From: Candidatus Wukongarchaeum yapensis
GTDB taxonomy: Archaea > Asgardarchaeota > Wukongarchaeia > Wukongarchaeales > Wukongarchaeaceae
Length of the DNA stretch: 6,019 bases
Assembly: GCA_016840425.1 (NCBI GenBank)
Contig: JAEOSI010000146.1
Coordinates: 1 to 6,019 of the forward strand
Direction: 5' to 3'
Shown here piece by piece: positions 4,905 through 6,019 of the stretch. A program made the translations under genes and the position numbers. The notes below the pieces were generated by a model. The model was not told where the DNA came from. It ran no database searches and was given only the letters and a program-made list of their open reading frames with translations. The stretch's first letter is position 1. Every line of letters starts with the position of its first letter.

Positions 4905-5483
4905 CTAGTAGTATAACTCAACCGGGCTTTCTGTAATCTCTATCCCAAATTCTTCCATTAAAAGCGTCATGGCTTCCTCTTTTTTTATCCTGTGTTTTTT
5001 CGGTATTTTTCTTGGGCGAACATGCCGTCTTTTTATTCTGAATCCTGGCCTTTCGATGGTTATAGAAACATCAAAGCCAAAAACGCCAAGATCAGGATCG
5101 TAACGAGTACGTGGGATATCAATATGTTCTTCTATTCCAAAACTAATGTTCCCTTCATTGTCAAAAGCAGAAGGTGGAATTATTTTTCCTTTTGCTTCTA
5201 AAGCCTTTTCAAGAAACTCTTTCGCCTTTTCTCCCCTCAAAGTGACTTTACACCCTATGGGTTCAAATTTCTTTACCGCAAAATCCCTAATCGTCATCTT
5301 TGACCGCGTTTCTTTCGGTTTCTGCCCGGTTATCTGTTCACATACAGTTTTCGCTTTCTCTAAACGCATCCCGCTCTCCCCTACTCCGAAATTAGCCGTA
5401 ACTTTAGCTATATACGGTCTAAGCATGGGATTTTTTTCCCATAGTTTCAGCCATTTATTCTTGTCTACTAGGATTTCATCCAT
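4905..5483 (-). CDS. rpl5: 50S ribosomal protein uL5
   Basis: NPMLRPYIAKVTANFGVGESG, QITGQKP, IGCKVTLRG, FDNEGNISFGIEEHIDIP and YDPDLGVFGFDV are uL5 motifs. The start was moved from 5528 to ATG 5483 because AGGGTGA (SD) lies 8 nt upstream and this removes the overlap with eS4. Confidence 0.97.
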   Translation of the reverse strand: MDEILVDKNKWLKLWEKNPMLRPYIAKVTANFGVGESGMRLEKAKTVCEQITGQKPKETRSKMTIRDFAVKKFEPIGCKVTLRGEKAKEFLEKALEAKGKIIPPSAFDNEGNISFGIEEHIDIPRTRYDPDLGVFGFDVSITIERPGFRIKRRHVRPRKIPKKHRIKKEEAMTLLMEEFGIEITESPVELYY

Positions 5484-5521
5484 GATATGTTTCACCCTAA
5501 AAGTTAATAGAAGCCTGGTTT

Positions 5522-6019
5522 TTACCAATCTGGCAACTTTATTAGCGGGGTTTCTTTACCGACAACGAAAACAAAGTCAAGAGGAGTCATAATGGGCTCT
5601 GTTTCAGTTTCTATGGTGATAAGGTTTAAGCTCCTCATAAGCCCTTTCGTTATATCTTTTATTACCCCAAATCGTCCTGCGTTTTTTCCTCCTACGATTA
5701 AGCCTATTACTCCCTCTTCTAACTTGATATATTCTTCAAATTTTTGATTAGGGATTGATATCTTTAAAACATCATTAACCTTTATATCGTTGAAACTAAT
5801 TATTTCAGTTTCTGATTCCTCTTCTTCTTCACTATAATCTCTTCCCTCTACCAGAACCAAGTTCCTTCCGTCATATAAATTAAACTGTGTTTTACCACCT
5901 TTTATTGTGGTTTTCCCGATCACTTTACAAAGTTTAAAGTTCTTTTCCTCCGCTTCTATGGGTTGAAGCACTAATCCTTTCCTATATTTAGGCAAAACCC
6001 TGTATAACTCCTCCAAATC
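5522..6019 (-). CDS. rps4e: 30S ribosomal protein eS4 (S4e), 5'-partial (runs off the window end)
   Basis: FKLCKVIGKTTIKGGKTQFNLYDGRN, GGKNAGRFG (KOW-like) and FVVGKETPLIKLP are eS4 motifs. The frame is open to base 6019, so the TTG at 6016 is internal. Confidence 0.96.
   Translation of the reverse strand, partial: DLEELYRVLPKYRKGLVLQPIEAEEKNFKLCKVIGKTTIKGGKTQFNLYDGRNLVLVEGRDYSEEEEESETEIISFNDIKVNDVLKISIPNQKFEEYIKLEEGVIGLIVGGKNAGRFGVIKDITKGLMRSLNLITIETETEPIMTPLDFVFVVGKETPLIKLPDW

Noticed and set aside
5484-5528. 15-aa N-terminal extension of uL5 in the ORF track
   Set aside because: It overlaps the eS4 stop, and the internal ATG at 5483 has a well-placed GGTGA SD.
4992-5592. Plus-strand ORFs 4992-5201 and 5146-5592
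   Set aside because: Antisense shadows of uL5/eS4.

Overview
AT-rich archaeal DNA, probably an Asgard lineage (inferred from eS4/uS14/uL5 plus an Asgard-style longin-like domain). Right end: tail of the archaeal spc-like ribosomal cluster on the minus strand (eS4 partial, uL5, and a uS14 missed by the ORF track). The cluster stops after uS14 instead of continuing to uS8. Centre: a divergent pair. One gene encodes a 668-aa protein with 11 proteasome/cyclosome (PC, Rpn1/Rpn2-like) repeats, a longin/roadblock-like domain and a putative C-terminal winged helix. The other encodes a TFS/RpoM-family paralog that keeps the N-terminal Zn ribbon but has an acidic tail in place of the catalytic C-terminal ribbon. 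Their shared intergenic region holds three AATAT-N4-ATATT-type palindromes. Left: marC, a probably frameshifted GNAT gene, an orphan C-terminal fragment of a D-Ala-D-Ala-ligase-like ATP-grasp gene, a 23-bp tandem duplication, and a degenerate 3' half of tRNA-Cys that looks like an attachment-site scar. Strand composition (G/T versus C/A) flips on a kilobase scale and gives a near mirror-image codon third-position bias at the two ends of the PC-repeat gene. All family assignments come from motif recognition, not database searches.
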